64,000 nt of DNA, taken from assembly GCA_051294905.1 (NCBI GenBank), contig CM119371.1, forward strand, positions 35,218,001 to 35,282,000, written 5' to 3'. Below are positions 53,128-64,000 of the stretch, piece after piece. The notes below the pieces were generated by a model that was not told the DNA's origin, did no database searches, and was given only the letters and a program-made list of their open reading frames with translations. The number at the start of each line of letters is the position of its first letter. The stretch's first letter is position 1. The translations under genes were made by a program, and so were the position numbers. This DNA comes from Botryllus schlosseri. Lineage: Eukaryota.

Positions 53128-55958
53128 GCAGAAGAGAAAGGGACTGTTCAGTATTTCGTGACGATATACAGCGTTTAACATGCTCAGGATGGTAGTCAGC
53201 GTGATTTGTTAATAACTACTCCGTTTGATGTCGATGTGATGTATGTAGTTACACAGAAGATTATACAGACAGTTTACACAGTGTTGATTATGTTATTTTT
53301 GTGTATCTCTGTAAGCAACATACTGAGTATACTGATTTGTGAGCTGTTGGTGAGTCAATAATTCGAATCCGACTACAGTAATGATTGTAATGGTTCGATT
53401 TGAGTTGTGTGAAATGATTTTTTTGGAGTAACGGAAATACCAGGAGTAATATTTGATTACTTGGCTCGTGAGAATTCAAATGCACTGATTGTAATTTATA
53501 ATGTCCGCTGTGAATGTAGCAGAATAAAATATGGAAAATAAGTGTATATTTCCATTTTCCATGTAACCCGTCCTTTTCACGACTTTGGGGAGTCCTAAGA
53601 AGCTAAGTTTTTTTCTGTAGCCTATCTGTTTCTTGATACGCCATTATTTTGGCGATTTATCAATCTTCTCGATAACTGCAACAGATTGGACCGGCATTCT
53701 AAGTTTGCTTCAGCATCCTTATAAATAATTCATAACCATACATCCACTGATTTCAAAATTATGTCAGCATTCCGTTGCAAACATTCCATTATCCAGTAAT
53801 CCAATAATAATAGCTCGAAACTGTGGTGAAACCAACTAATCTTATGAAAACTGTTTAGCAAGCACCCATTCAAGGAACAAATAAAAGAGTTTGAATAATA
53901 ATTTAAACTCTGATGCCACAAATTCATTCAATGGTTTCGTGAAATTCAATACCATTTCAAATTCCAAATCACAATCCCCGTTGTATCAAGAATGGCAGAC
54001 ATAATTGTTTGTGATCATCCATGAACGTTTATTTACATTAACGTCGAATGCGTCTATTGTAGTACTAAATGGTATCATGTATTAGAACAGCTATCTTGTT
54101 GAAGTCGTGTATTATATCTAAATATATAATTACTTAGCTACTCTTTCTCGTCTGTTCGTCCCTATGTTTTGCACGCTTGTCTTAATGTTCTTCTGTATGC
54201 TCTCTTCATCCCGCTGATTGATCGATAAAAAGGAAATATTCATGTGATAATAACGTACTTCCATGAAAAGACACTGCATGCAGTTAATGCCCAGGTTTTA
54301 CAGATCTTTGAAGCTCGGAACTCTGTTATAGGTACCGCATTTCATGGCTGTACATTGTACAAGTTTTGCTATTTTCACGGTGAAGTTGTTTGTAGCAGTA
54401 CAATTATCAAATAATGTGTAAAATATATTGACGTATCGTGTAGATTTGAAGTTATTTCTCTGGCACTTGATGTCAGCTTATCGGCATATGTTGTTACTTG
54501 TATCTGTTCGAAGTTGAGACGAGTAGTAGAGGTTCCATCATGAGAAGGATAAAATAGATTGACTGGCGACAGGTTGTGAAGTAATTTCTACAGGATGTTC
54601 ACAGATTTAACAGAGTTTCAGGATAGTTGGTTGACCAGGTTTGAGACAGAAAGGTAACTGCGATGTCACTGTGTTCCAGACTCAGAAATTCAGAAGAATA
54701 GAGACAGAATGTTTGTCAGCCGTGTAAATCAACAACATAGATAGTAAAAATGCAATTGAGTGAAATGTGACATATAAAAAATGGTTATAAGTGAAAAGTG
54801 ATATACAAATATGCAAGATATAGAGACTGAGATATAACAAACTAGTTAAAACGGAGCCACTCAGATAAGTCACATATGCGTATTCGACCCGCCGCCTACG
54901 ACCACAATACAAGAACTCGGTATGGTACTTTTATATCTTAGTAAGTATTCCGCAACTAAACTTGTGTTGGCCTTTGACATTCCCGAGTCGCACACAATCT
55001 CAGAGTCTAACATGCAAATCACCAATATTCCTGGAAAATCTTACTTGTCTTATGTCAGCTTGCTTTGCACGCATAGTACGGCTTTCCATTTGTATTCACT
55101 TCCCACCTAACGTGCGCAAGGCGACTTTTGTCATTGCTTTTCTTGTCTTTTCACGCCAACAACCATATCCTTCAAATGCTTTTGTGGGAGGGGAAAATGT
55201 AAATGTCCACCAAGAAAATATCTGTATTTTGTTTTTGCCTGGTCCGTTAATTTCCACTTATTGCTCCTACTATTATGTTAGTCATGACTATGTCCGTAAG
55301 GACGCTTTTCTGGTCAATTTGTAGTGTCGAATGCCTAGCCCGTTCGTGTATCGAATTTCTTCGTGCTTATATTCTTTGCCTGATGTGATTTGTGTTGGAT
55401 TATTGGTCTTTAGTGTGCTATGAACTGGTCTATCTCGAAACTGACTGCTAGATGTAAAGGTCTGGGCTTACTAAACTGTACTTATTAGTATTTATCATGT
55501 CCCCTTACCATATGGAGGCCTATATTCTCGTTGTCTCCTATTAAAATCGAAGTGATGAAGGACACCATGCCCTATCTATGGAGCAATCGATCAGAACGCC
55601 CCGTTGACTCGAGTCAAGTTAAAAATTGATTGTTGATATCACGAATTGCTTTTTTGTCCATAATCATAATACTAGGGTTCAAGTGTTCTAAAAATAAGTC
55701 TATTTGTCTAGCAATCCACCATTTATAGTTAGAAAACTTTTATGTTGGAAGAAGTCTAGGTACCACCGAACAAATTACTGCGAAGAGAATTGAGAAGAAA
55801 CCACCTGCGGGCCGTACCATATACCGTAATCTATAAACAGAGGTTTTGTCAGCCAAATTGCTGATTGACCGTTCCTTGAACACACGAATTCACTGGTCCA
55901 TAGACAGACAAATAACTTTTCTCAATTCTATTTGTATAATCTTCCTTCGGCGAATTAG

Positions 55959-56038
55959 GATCGACTCACATCGCAAGGCCGGCGGATTTCCTCTGCGATC
56001 TTCAGAATCTGTCGTCCGAAGCGGACGGCTCCGATTGA
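55959..56038 (+). CDS. STXBP1: Alternative terminal exon 14b of Munc18 (GSTHIARPADFLCDLQNLSSEADGSD*)
   Basis: Pyrimidine tract and TAG acceptor, phase 1 matching the exon 13 donor. Paralogous to exon 14a and to human GSTHILTP..FL.DL. Confidence 0.9.
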
Positions 56039-56638
56039 CAATTAGCCCCACTGAAAGAAGGTATCCTGCGAAGAAGCTTGCGAAGACTATCGAAAAAGAA
56101 GAACGTAAGAGATATTAATGATAATATGGATGGTATATGGAAGATCCTAATTGCGGGATTGGTTATTCTCAGAAGTTGTCATAATCAGTGTCCCTGGTGC
56201 TGCTCGGGTAGAAGTCGAATTAACACCGTGAATTTCTATTGTATTAAAATTAGACGTAGCAATTTCCAAGACCTGTTAAAACTATTTCAACTGGCAGTCT
56301 GGAAAGTACTTAACTAAGCCGTTTGGAAATGTAGATTTGGGAGTGAGGTTCACATACTTCTAGCAGAACTGAGGCAAAACTACTAATGACCCCGCATATG
56401 GATTCAATCCTCGGAAATTTATTCAGTTACCGTGGCACGGGGGCTATTTCGTGCATTTCTTACGACAATTTTACTCGTAAAGTGTTGCAGACTTATCCCA
56501 ATACTGCTTATTTTTATAATCCAAAAATTTAAGTAGTGATTTTCAAGTAGCAGTGAAACGGGTTGAAAAATAATTCTAATTGATCAGAAATAGCGCTAGA
56601 ATACAATTGCCGTCAGTTAATCAAACACGTTTTTCCAG

Positions 56639-56758
56639 AAACCTCCAGCCACCGAGATGGAAAATGTCAGCGGTTCTAACAACAAGCAGGTCCCACTGCC
56701 GGCAGTGACAACACACGCCTCGCCAAGTGATATTGACCTGCAGTTTGAGAATGGGTAA
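56639..56758 (+). CDS. Putative readthrough-extension exon 15a (KPPATEMENVSGSNNKQVPLPAVTTHASPSDIDLQFENG*)
   Basis: TTTTTCCAG acceptor, phase 0, open only in the readthrough frame from the donor at 56105. Ends at TAA or at a GG|GTAAGT donor. Confidence 0.55.
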   Translation, partial: KPPATEMENVSGSNNKQVPLPAVTTHASPSDIDLQFENG

Positions 56759-56773
56759 GTTCCGCCTTTCCAG

Positions 56774-56860
56774 AGAAGAACTATCCACAATGTAACTGTC
56801 GATCCGACTGTCTGCAGCTCACAATCTTCTGGACAGGAAAACCCAGCTTTCAGTGACTGA
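56774..56860 (+). CDS. Putative readthrough-extension exon 15b (RRTIHNVTVDPTVCSSQSSGQENPAFSD*)
   Basis: CCTTTCCAG acceptor, phase 0, open in the readthrough frame. Confidence 0.5.
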   Translation, partial: RRTIHNVTVDPTVCSSQSSGQENPAFSD

Positions 56861-58930
56861 ACCGCGGCGCACCACCGCGTTTTCTACGACCTAACCTTGA
56901 CAAGCGTGATCAAACGAAAGGATTCTTTTACTTCATATGTTCAATCTAACTATGCGCACCAGAGCAATGTACTGACTTCACGTTATCGTTTAGTTTCTGT
57001 AGATTACAAGCTCATATACTTTAGTAGTCGTGTCTTTTCTGAGCTTTCTTGATTTAAGAGAGGAATTTCATTCCATTTTCGCCGTCTATAGAAAGTGACA
57101 AGTATGTAAATATCTATATATTCGTTATATGTGGCCTGCCTTGAATGTTTTTATGTTGTGTGAGCAATCGAACTGCATTGCACACCCAATACACTACCGT
57201 GGGTATTTACAAGTCCTGGTGCTCCTTAATGCTTGTAAATCGGCGCTGACTTTTGATGATGACTTCAATATCAGGTAGCCTATTCCCAAATATAATTTAA
57301 GCTTTCCAATACTATTTCTAGTTTAAAATCTTATTAACTTCGAATGCTAACTATTCTAGCTTACTCCTATTGCGACGCGTATTCTAGAGCGTGATTTTTT
57401 CTCCATGATTTCAATGTCGATTACAAAAATCGAATATGCTTTTACACCCGAAAAAGATGCTTAAAATGGAGGAATTCAGCTACTTATCGTCTGTATGATA
57501 ATTCCTGGACCTTATGATGTGCGATCTCGAAATAGCTACATCTTTGTTGGCAATCGACTATGCTGGCCACTTATGGCGATATCCCCGAGTCACGAAACTG
57601 ATATTTTGTGATATATCGATGTGAGTTTCAACGTATTTGATTAGAATCTATTGCAAATATTCAGAGTGTTTATCTTAGTGCAATTTAATTCTTTACTAAC
57701 CAAGAATATAAAGAATATCAAATTGTAGTGCACTGCTTCTTCTAAAAACTCATTATAGCAGCGGCACATCCACTGTTAGCTGGGTAATGGGCATGTGAGG
57801 TTTGATGTTCTTTTTGCGGAACCTAAATTGGTGAGGAGAAATGATGTGGTGGTGAACATCTTGACGAGGAATAAGAGTAGGCGAAAAAAAAACGTTTTTT
57901 CGAATGCAATGCACGTCAGAATAGATATGGGTCGGTAGTTGGTGACGGTAGCTTCGCGTGACAGTCAAACCATTCACAATTACGGGGGTGTATATTGACT
58001 AGTATTGTTAATGAGGTAGTATTTTTATGCACACCAAATGTCTAGTACTGATTACTGAGTATAGGCCTACGGTTTATTAGGGTTGCAGCTATCCCGCTGT
58101 GATCACTCGTCCATGATATTTCCCTATGTCTCGGATAAGAAACTACTTCTTGTGATGACTCGAGACTCTCGAGTCGAGAGTCGAGACTAGTATCGTATAA
58201 AAGTGTATGTAACACGTGTTAGGAGGAACATTAAGATGAGACTCTATACCCAACTACTACATAACGTTTATATAAACCGATTGCATTGAGCATATATCTG
58301 TTACGAAGAACTTCACCCAAGGCAACAGCTTCTCGAGATGAGTATACAATAGCCGATCACCAAGAGGAATCGTTAGCCACACTAAAACTAGAACTAAAAA
58401 AAAACGCCATAACTGACGCAAAATCTGCAGTTCGGATGTTCGGGCTGGTCTTCCGGGAGTAGGACTGGAAGAATGACCTATTCTTTAGTCACCACCACAG
58501 CAGTATTGTGAAAAAGTGAGTCATTCGGGAGTCGAGTCGGAAAATGACCTCTTTTTAGTCGACACAAGATTTTCCGTAAAAATTCTAGAATCGGCACTTT
58601 TCTGCTCCGGTAATTTGTATAAAGTGTCCTTGTTTCCGGATCCCAAAATATATGGTAACCCAGGTTTAAGGGGCACTTGGTGACGGGACGTGACAAACAT
58701 GCCTCTTGTTATCCGAACGCCTGAACTCAAAAAAGGTGCAGGGTGACAGCGATATTCCAAAAAGATTTGGAGCACAAAGTATTTGTTTACTGAATTCAGA
58801 CGTAAACCCGTCTTTTTAGTTTGTGGTGACCAGGCCACCGGTTTTAGGAAGTATAATTTGACACCCAGTTCAATTATACAAACACTTTACTCAAGGCTGA
58901 GATAATTTGCAGTAAAAGAGTGCACCCGCA

Positions 58931-59205
58931 TTAGGGCTCTTCAAAAATGTCTTTTTTTCTCAAATCGTACTGGCTACTTGATAAAATTGTTAGGAGGTTA
59001 CCTAATTTAAGCCTACACACAAAATTTGGTTGAATTCCAGCCAGTAACCGCTTTGCTACAGGAGAAGAAAGTTTCTATTTATTATATAAAAATGAATAAT
59101 AAAAAATTTGAAAATTTTCTGTTCACCCCATGAAAGTGTTAGGCTGTCTATAGAAACGATGCTCACCAAATTTGGTTCAATTCCAACCAGTGGAAGCGGA
59201 GTTAG
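58931..59205. mobile_element. Truncated family A MITE
   Basis: Near-identical to 3590-3850. Confidence 0.8.
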
Positions 59206-60701
59206 CTCAAAGGCACCCAAATTTCGTTGGTCGTTTGTTTGTTGGAGGAGAATTATTCAACTTGAAAATTTTCGTCGCGCTTCGCACGATTTCGTCAGTA
59301 TGGAGGTCTACCTTTGTAATGACCAGTAAGAGAAATAATGCGCATATTTTAGAGAAAAAGGCATATCGATCGGCGCCAGCGATCACCAGTGACCACGCGT
59401 TGAACGGGACCATGACTCCGGGATAAGAGGTGGGCCACACAACATCTTCAAATCGGAAAATGGGCCACTGGCGAAGAACGGCTGAGAACCCCTGTTCTAA
59501 ACAATCGCAGCCACGCAAGGAACGTTGTTATGGTCATTGTGCCGCGCTGTTGCGATTGTTTAGAACAATGCCGATTTTAAGATTTTGAAGACTATTTCTG
59601 GGTGGTTCCATTGCCTTGATGAAAGTTTAATGTATATTATCAGAATCAGCGCGACTGTAGCTTTCAAATAAGATCAACTTTATTCAATTTGAGCGCTCGG
59701 GTCGTCATCTATGGGATTAGCAATTACGTTGCCCTTTCATGCTATGAAGCGACAACAAATCTGCAGTTGTCGCATCACTCGACCGTGAATCACGTGTTGC
59801 GCATATATATCCGTAGGTTAGATATCTATACAGAGATGGCCACGATCCAGTTTGGGAGCCGGAGTAGGAGCAGGAGCAGGATTTCATCGATTTTCGACGT
59901 AGCCGAACTGGATCCGGATTTACAATTTGATTTGAAACTCGGATTTTAGAAGGATTTTCGTAGCGAAATAAGAAAAAATTAGAATGATATGGGGCATGGG
60001 TAGGGTATTTTCGCATTCTCAACTCAATAGGAAATTGATTAGCCGGAGTTTTCGAACTTCAAATTGCCAGCCGAGGCCGGATGGATGTGAATTCCGACAT
60101 TTGGGTCATTCGGGAAGCCGACCGTATCGTGGTGTCTGCGCGCCAAATCAATTGGCGTTTCGGAGGCGGTGCAATAAGATCCAACCGTGATGGCGTGATA
60201 TCTAGCTGTTCGCAGGGTTCCGTTCTTCTGTATGTGCAGAAATAGTTTTCATTGATCGCCAAGGGCAAAGTTATCAGATACCAGTTACGTTACGACGCAT
60301 TCGCGCGGTCTTTTAGGGCGCTTCGCAAACTCGACAGTTTAGTTCAGCTCAAACACAGCATGATGGTAACTCTCACGATGATGATACATCGCTTCTTTAT
60401 TCTCACAAGCCCCGTTTGAGGCGAGTGGTTTCTGCTGCGCGGTTGCAGGAGATGTGTCGTGGTCTCCGCTGTTGATTGAGATCGGTATCAGAACACCAGC
60501 AATACGATTGGTCGATTGCCGGGTTTAGTCTACTTTTTTTACCCATGAATATGGGTTACAATATTCAGTATCAGTATCAGTTTATTAACACTAGAACGAA
60601 CAAGTGGTTTTTTGACGCATTTTCATTTATGAAGAGCTGGCATTCAGTCTAATCCTGCGCTGTTCGGCTGAAACGTCTTGACTTTCATTTATTTTATGTA
60701 C

Positions 60702-60979
60702 CGAGCGAGATAGTGTACGGTAATGGTTGTGCCTTGTGCGTACGGCTTCTCGAGCGGTAGGTCGTGGGTTCGATCCCCGGCCGGGTCATACCAAGGACTC
60801 GAAAATTGGGATCCGCAGCTATCCTGCTAGGCGCTCAGCAATCGCGGATAGCATGGAGGAGAAAAAAGAAAACACGGGCGCAGTCTAGATGACCTCAGAC
60901 CTCATGGGGCCGTATCGCAACTCCGTCGTCAAAGCATCTCGATGGTGCAGGCGAAAAAGAATATCATATCTCTCTCTCT
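60702..60979 (+). mobile_element. tRNA-derived SINE
   Basis: tRNA-like head with B box GGTTCGATCCC, a GGGTCATACCAAGGAC...CCTGCTAGGCGCTCAGCA core (resembles MetaSINE/MESC cores from memory), and a (CT)n tail. Multiple copies in the window. Confidence 0.75.
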
Positions 60980-61164
60980 AGGCCACCTTACCTATGATTT
61001 TCATCACTTGTCTAGTACAAATAAAGAAGTTATACACAGTTTTTCTACCGAAAGGAATCGCAGTTTCATATTACCCTGGTTATGTATCTGCCAAACGCAG
61101 AATAGTCGTTTGTAACAGCATAACTTTATTTATATCGACTTCGTCTAACTGTGTTAGCAACAAC

Positions 61165-62348
61165 CAGAGGTGGTCAAAGTAGTCAAGAAAGCTACTCAAG
61201 TAGAAGTAGAAGTAGCGACACAAAAATCTACTCAATTACAAGTACAAGTACTTCGTTTGAAAGCGACCTAAGATCACTTGAAGTAAAAGTAGAATTTCCT
61301 GGCTTTAAATCTACTCAAGTAAGTAGTTGTGAAAACGGTCATAATACGTTCGCATGGACTGTCAAAAAATCCAAATTGAGCTATGCGGAGGGTGCAGAGA
61401 GATAGATTCATATTGATGCATCACAGGAGGTATCAATGTTCAAGAGCATAAGCGTTCTTTCTCATCATGGGATGCAAATGATAGTATCGCTGTGGAAATG
61501 CGATACTCATATTTGTTCTCTCGAACACCCAGTTTTAAAAAATGTCATGGTCTGGAGCCCTGGCCTATATTATAAGGCCCGTAGTTTAGTGGAAGAGCAA
61601 TACCGATACGGTGTTAACATTTTGAGAGATTAGTGTACGTTGATAGAAAAATATGGCGGATCGTAAAAATGTCAAATAGAGTAATTTTATTTTCGGAAAA
61701 TAGTGACTTCGACACGTAAGTTCTCCAGACAAAGGAAGTGAAACTAAGTAACTCGAAGTATTGATACTATGAATTAAAAGAGAAGCACAAATACTACTTC
61801 TGAAAAGTGGAAAATAGAATCCAGGTCACTTGTCCAGATAGCATCAACAGTGGTCTGCTAAAGCAGGTCTGACGCTCAAACAGTCAGAGACCACTTTTCC
61901 AAAATAGGACATGCCATGCTGGGCTGCTAGACTACGACATGATAGGTAAATACTACATTGCGAAACGGTAGTTTGAAACGTTATGATGGGCCATATTTAC
62001 TGTGATGAAATATTTCATATGGGCGACAATACGGTGTGAACGGAGCCACGCATTCCGCTACCGATTTCATAGCCTATTCACCAATACTGTTGTGAAGACA
62101 TATTTGCCACTCCATATGGCCTATGTACTTTGCGCGAAGCGCGACAAAAATTCTGAGCTATACTTGAAATTTTATGAGAATTAAATGTTGGAGGATTACA
62201 CTACTTCTACTTGGCAAACTGAAAATAGTGAAAAGTAAGTAAGTAGATCACAAAGTATTACCAAGTAGAAGTAGCAGAATTTAGATCTACTTGAGTTAGT
62301 ACCAGAAGTAGAGAGAAGTAGAGTATACTTCGTTACTGAACACCTCTG
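61165..62348. mobile_element. hAT MITE with AAGTA-rich subterminal repeats
   Basis: CAGAGGTG...CACCTCTG, 8-bp TSD GCAACAAC. Confidence 0.85.
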
Positions 62349-63639
62349 GCAACAACATCCCTTGTAATAGAAGGCAGTGTATCTTTATCTTTCCGAGTCA
62401 TCAAGTCTCTGTAATATTATATTTCTGAAGCTCAGCGTGTTACAGGACATGACAAATGAAATGTAGGCCTACCACTAGACCAGCCGACATCTGTATTGGT
62501 CATACTTATATGCTAGGGCTGTACAAGGGCGAAGGGCCTTTGCTTTAGTCTGCGAGATGGGTCTTCGGGGGGAAGGGGCTTGATCTAGTGAATTGAATGC
62601 ATATGAGGACTGAGTGCATGAGTGCATTATGTTTTGTAAGTCCCTCTCGAGGAACAGGTTTATGCAAATTGTGAACTTTTTATTGACATGAAGAGTAAAA
62701 ACAGGTGTAGACTCGGTAAATATACTTTTGTTTTCATTTATTACATGAAGAGCTTCTTGGAGGTACAGAACTTCAATATACATTTGAATAGTATATTCTT
62801 ATTGAAATTGAGGTAAAAAATAGTACATTGAACGCTCTCTCTTCCATGCTGGTGACGTCATATTTTGTGATATGATTGTTGATATACAATGTTCTTTCCA
62901 ATTCTCTACTAGTTGCTGACGATAACCCCTGGCGAGTGTCAGCCGAAAATATTCGGGTTCATTTCAATATGAATATACTATTCAAATTTATTACATGGTT
63001 AAAATGCTAGAAAATAATTGGGGTAAAATGTCAGATGGTGAATGATGCTGCTACCAAGTATTTGTGCAACGGCGTCTCTTAGGCAAGGATAACACAGGAC
63101 ACCTCAGCAGAGGTTGACATTATCCCACTTACCCCATGGAATCTTGGTTAATTTTTTGAAATAAATCCTGCGTGATGAGTGCTGTTCTGCATAGAATAAT
63201 TTAGTAATTAGACAGAAAGTTCTGTTTGACGTTGCCACCAATTCCACTCTGGTCCCACTTCAATACATACACCACAGCCGCAGCATCAGAAATCCTGGTA
63301 GTACGTCATCGACATGGTTCATTGATTTTACTACAGTTTTGGTCTGTGGTTGCGTTTTGTGACTTTTGCTGCTCGAAATCTGAAAAAAATACTAAATTTT
63401 AGAAGGTATGTGCAGGCGCGTAGCCAGCCGAAAAATAAGGGGGGGGGGTTTGAAATAAAAGGGGGGGGTTCCGATTTTTTCCGAATTTAGTAACGTAGCA
63501 TTGACTCATTAGGGTTAAGTACATGCGATGCGTAAATAACGATTATACAACATCCCCGTGTTGGCGATTATAGGCGTACGATAAGCTTTTCGACGAGTCC
63601 GGAAGTGCTGTTAATTAGCGACTCCCTGATCTGTCGTGA

Positions 63640-63760
63640 ACAATGAAATACGCACGCGTCGAACATTTGAATACGCGCGCTTATCAACGCGCTGAACAAT
63701 TAAATTCGCGCGCTTGTCAAAGCGTCCAACAATTAAATACGCCCGCTCATCAATGCGTCT
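63640..63760. repeat. Short ~33-bp tandem repeat (about 3 copies)
   Basis: Variants of AACAATTAAATACGCGCGCTTATCAACGCGCTG, probably within a TE starting near 63413. Confidence 0.5.
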
Positions 63761-64000
63761 TGCGTCTTACGTAGCCTCGGTGACGATTTAGGCAAGTAAA
63801 AATGTACGAGTTTTTATGGAATATGTGCTACAATGACGCCGATTTCAGGTGGTTCAAACCTTTACCTCTTATAACTCAAGCCTACTGGACTATAGCTGAA
63901 GACTAGTGGAAATCAATTACGCATGTACGCACGCGTCGAACATGATTGCGGACATTCGATGTCATTCAGTTACGAGATGTAACTCTTTAATCACAATCGC

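Noticed and set aside
53125..53178. Readthrough of the exon 14a TAG (would add AEEKGTVQYFVTIYSV)
   Set aside because: The TAG-G context is not a strong leaky motif, and 16 open codons can occur by chance.
28796..56038. Alternative genetic code with TGA as a sense codon
   Set aside because: All conserved Trp positions in Munc18 use TGG, and the 596-aa reading has no internal TGA. Local readthrough is the simpler explanation.
55846..56317. Listed ORFs 55846-56118 and 56078-56317 as standalone genes
   Set aside because: The first is an off-frame overlap of exon 14b. The second is the unspliced continuation of the readthrough frame.
60059..60340. HMG-box-like KRPKRP on the minus strand
   Set aside because: Stops and frameshifts follow immediately, and the similarity is too weak.
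60702..60790. tRNA gene
   Set aside because: No complete cloverleaf. It continues into a multi-copy SINE body.
63130..63380. Exon-like minus-strand segment with good splice sites
   Set aside because: In-frame stops in the best frame and no recognisable domain.

Overview
AT-rich, transposon-dense genomic DNA from an invertebrate animal (spliceosomal introns, standard code). Three protein-coding loci could be reconstructed by hand. (1) A multi-exon minus-strand gene with an NBR1/p62-type PB1 domain (~1257-5832). (2) An intronless HAUS2 (augmin subunit 2) ORF (28796-29404). (3) A complete 14-exon Munc18/unc-18/STXBP1 gene (30746-53127, 596 aa) with a GC-AG intron and a second, paralogous terminal exon (55959-56038). 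The most striking signal is at that second terminal exon. Its TGA is followed by the canonical CAA-TTA readthrough hexamer, and the frame continues to a strong phase-0 donor that joins in frame to either of two further exons. This suggests spliced, stop-codon-readthrough C-terminal extensions of Munc18. Also notable is a ~446-nt GC-rich, TATA-preceded sequence (6997-7442) that folds into a long G-U-rich stem and has U3-like C/D boxes. The rest is mostly TEs: nested hAT/P/CACTA/pogo MITEs with clear target-site duplications, CR1/L2-type LINE 3' ends, tRNA-derived SINEs, a P-element transposase relic, and Penelope-like repeats carrying minimal hammerhead ribozymes. All homology calls come from recognising motifs by eye, not from database searches.
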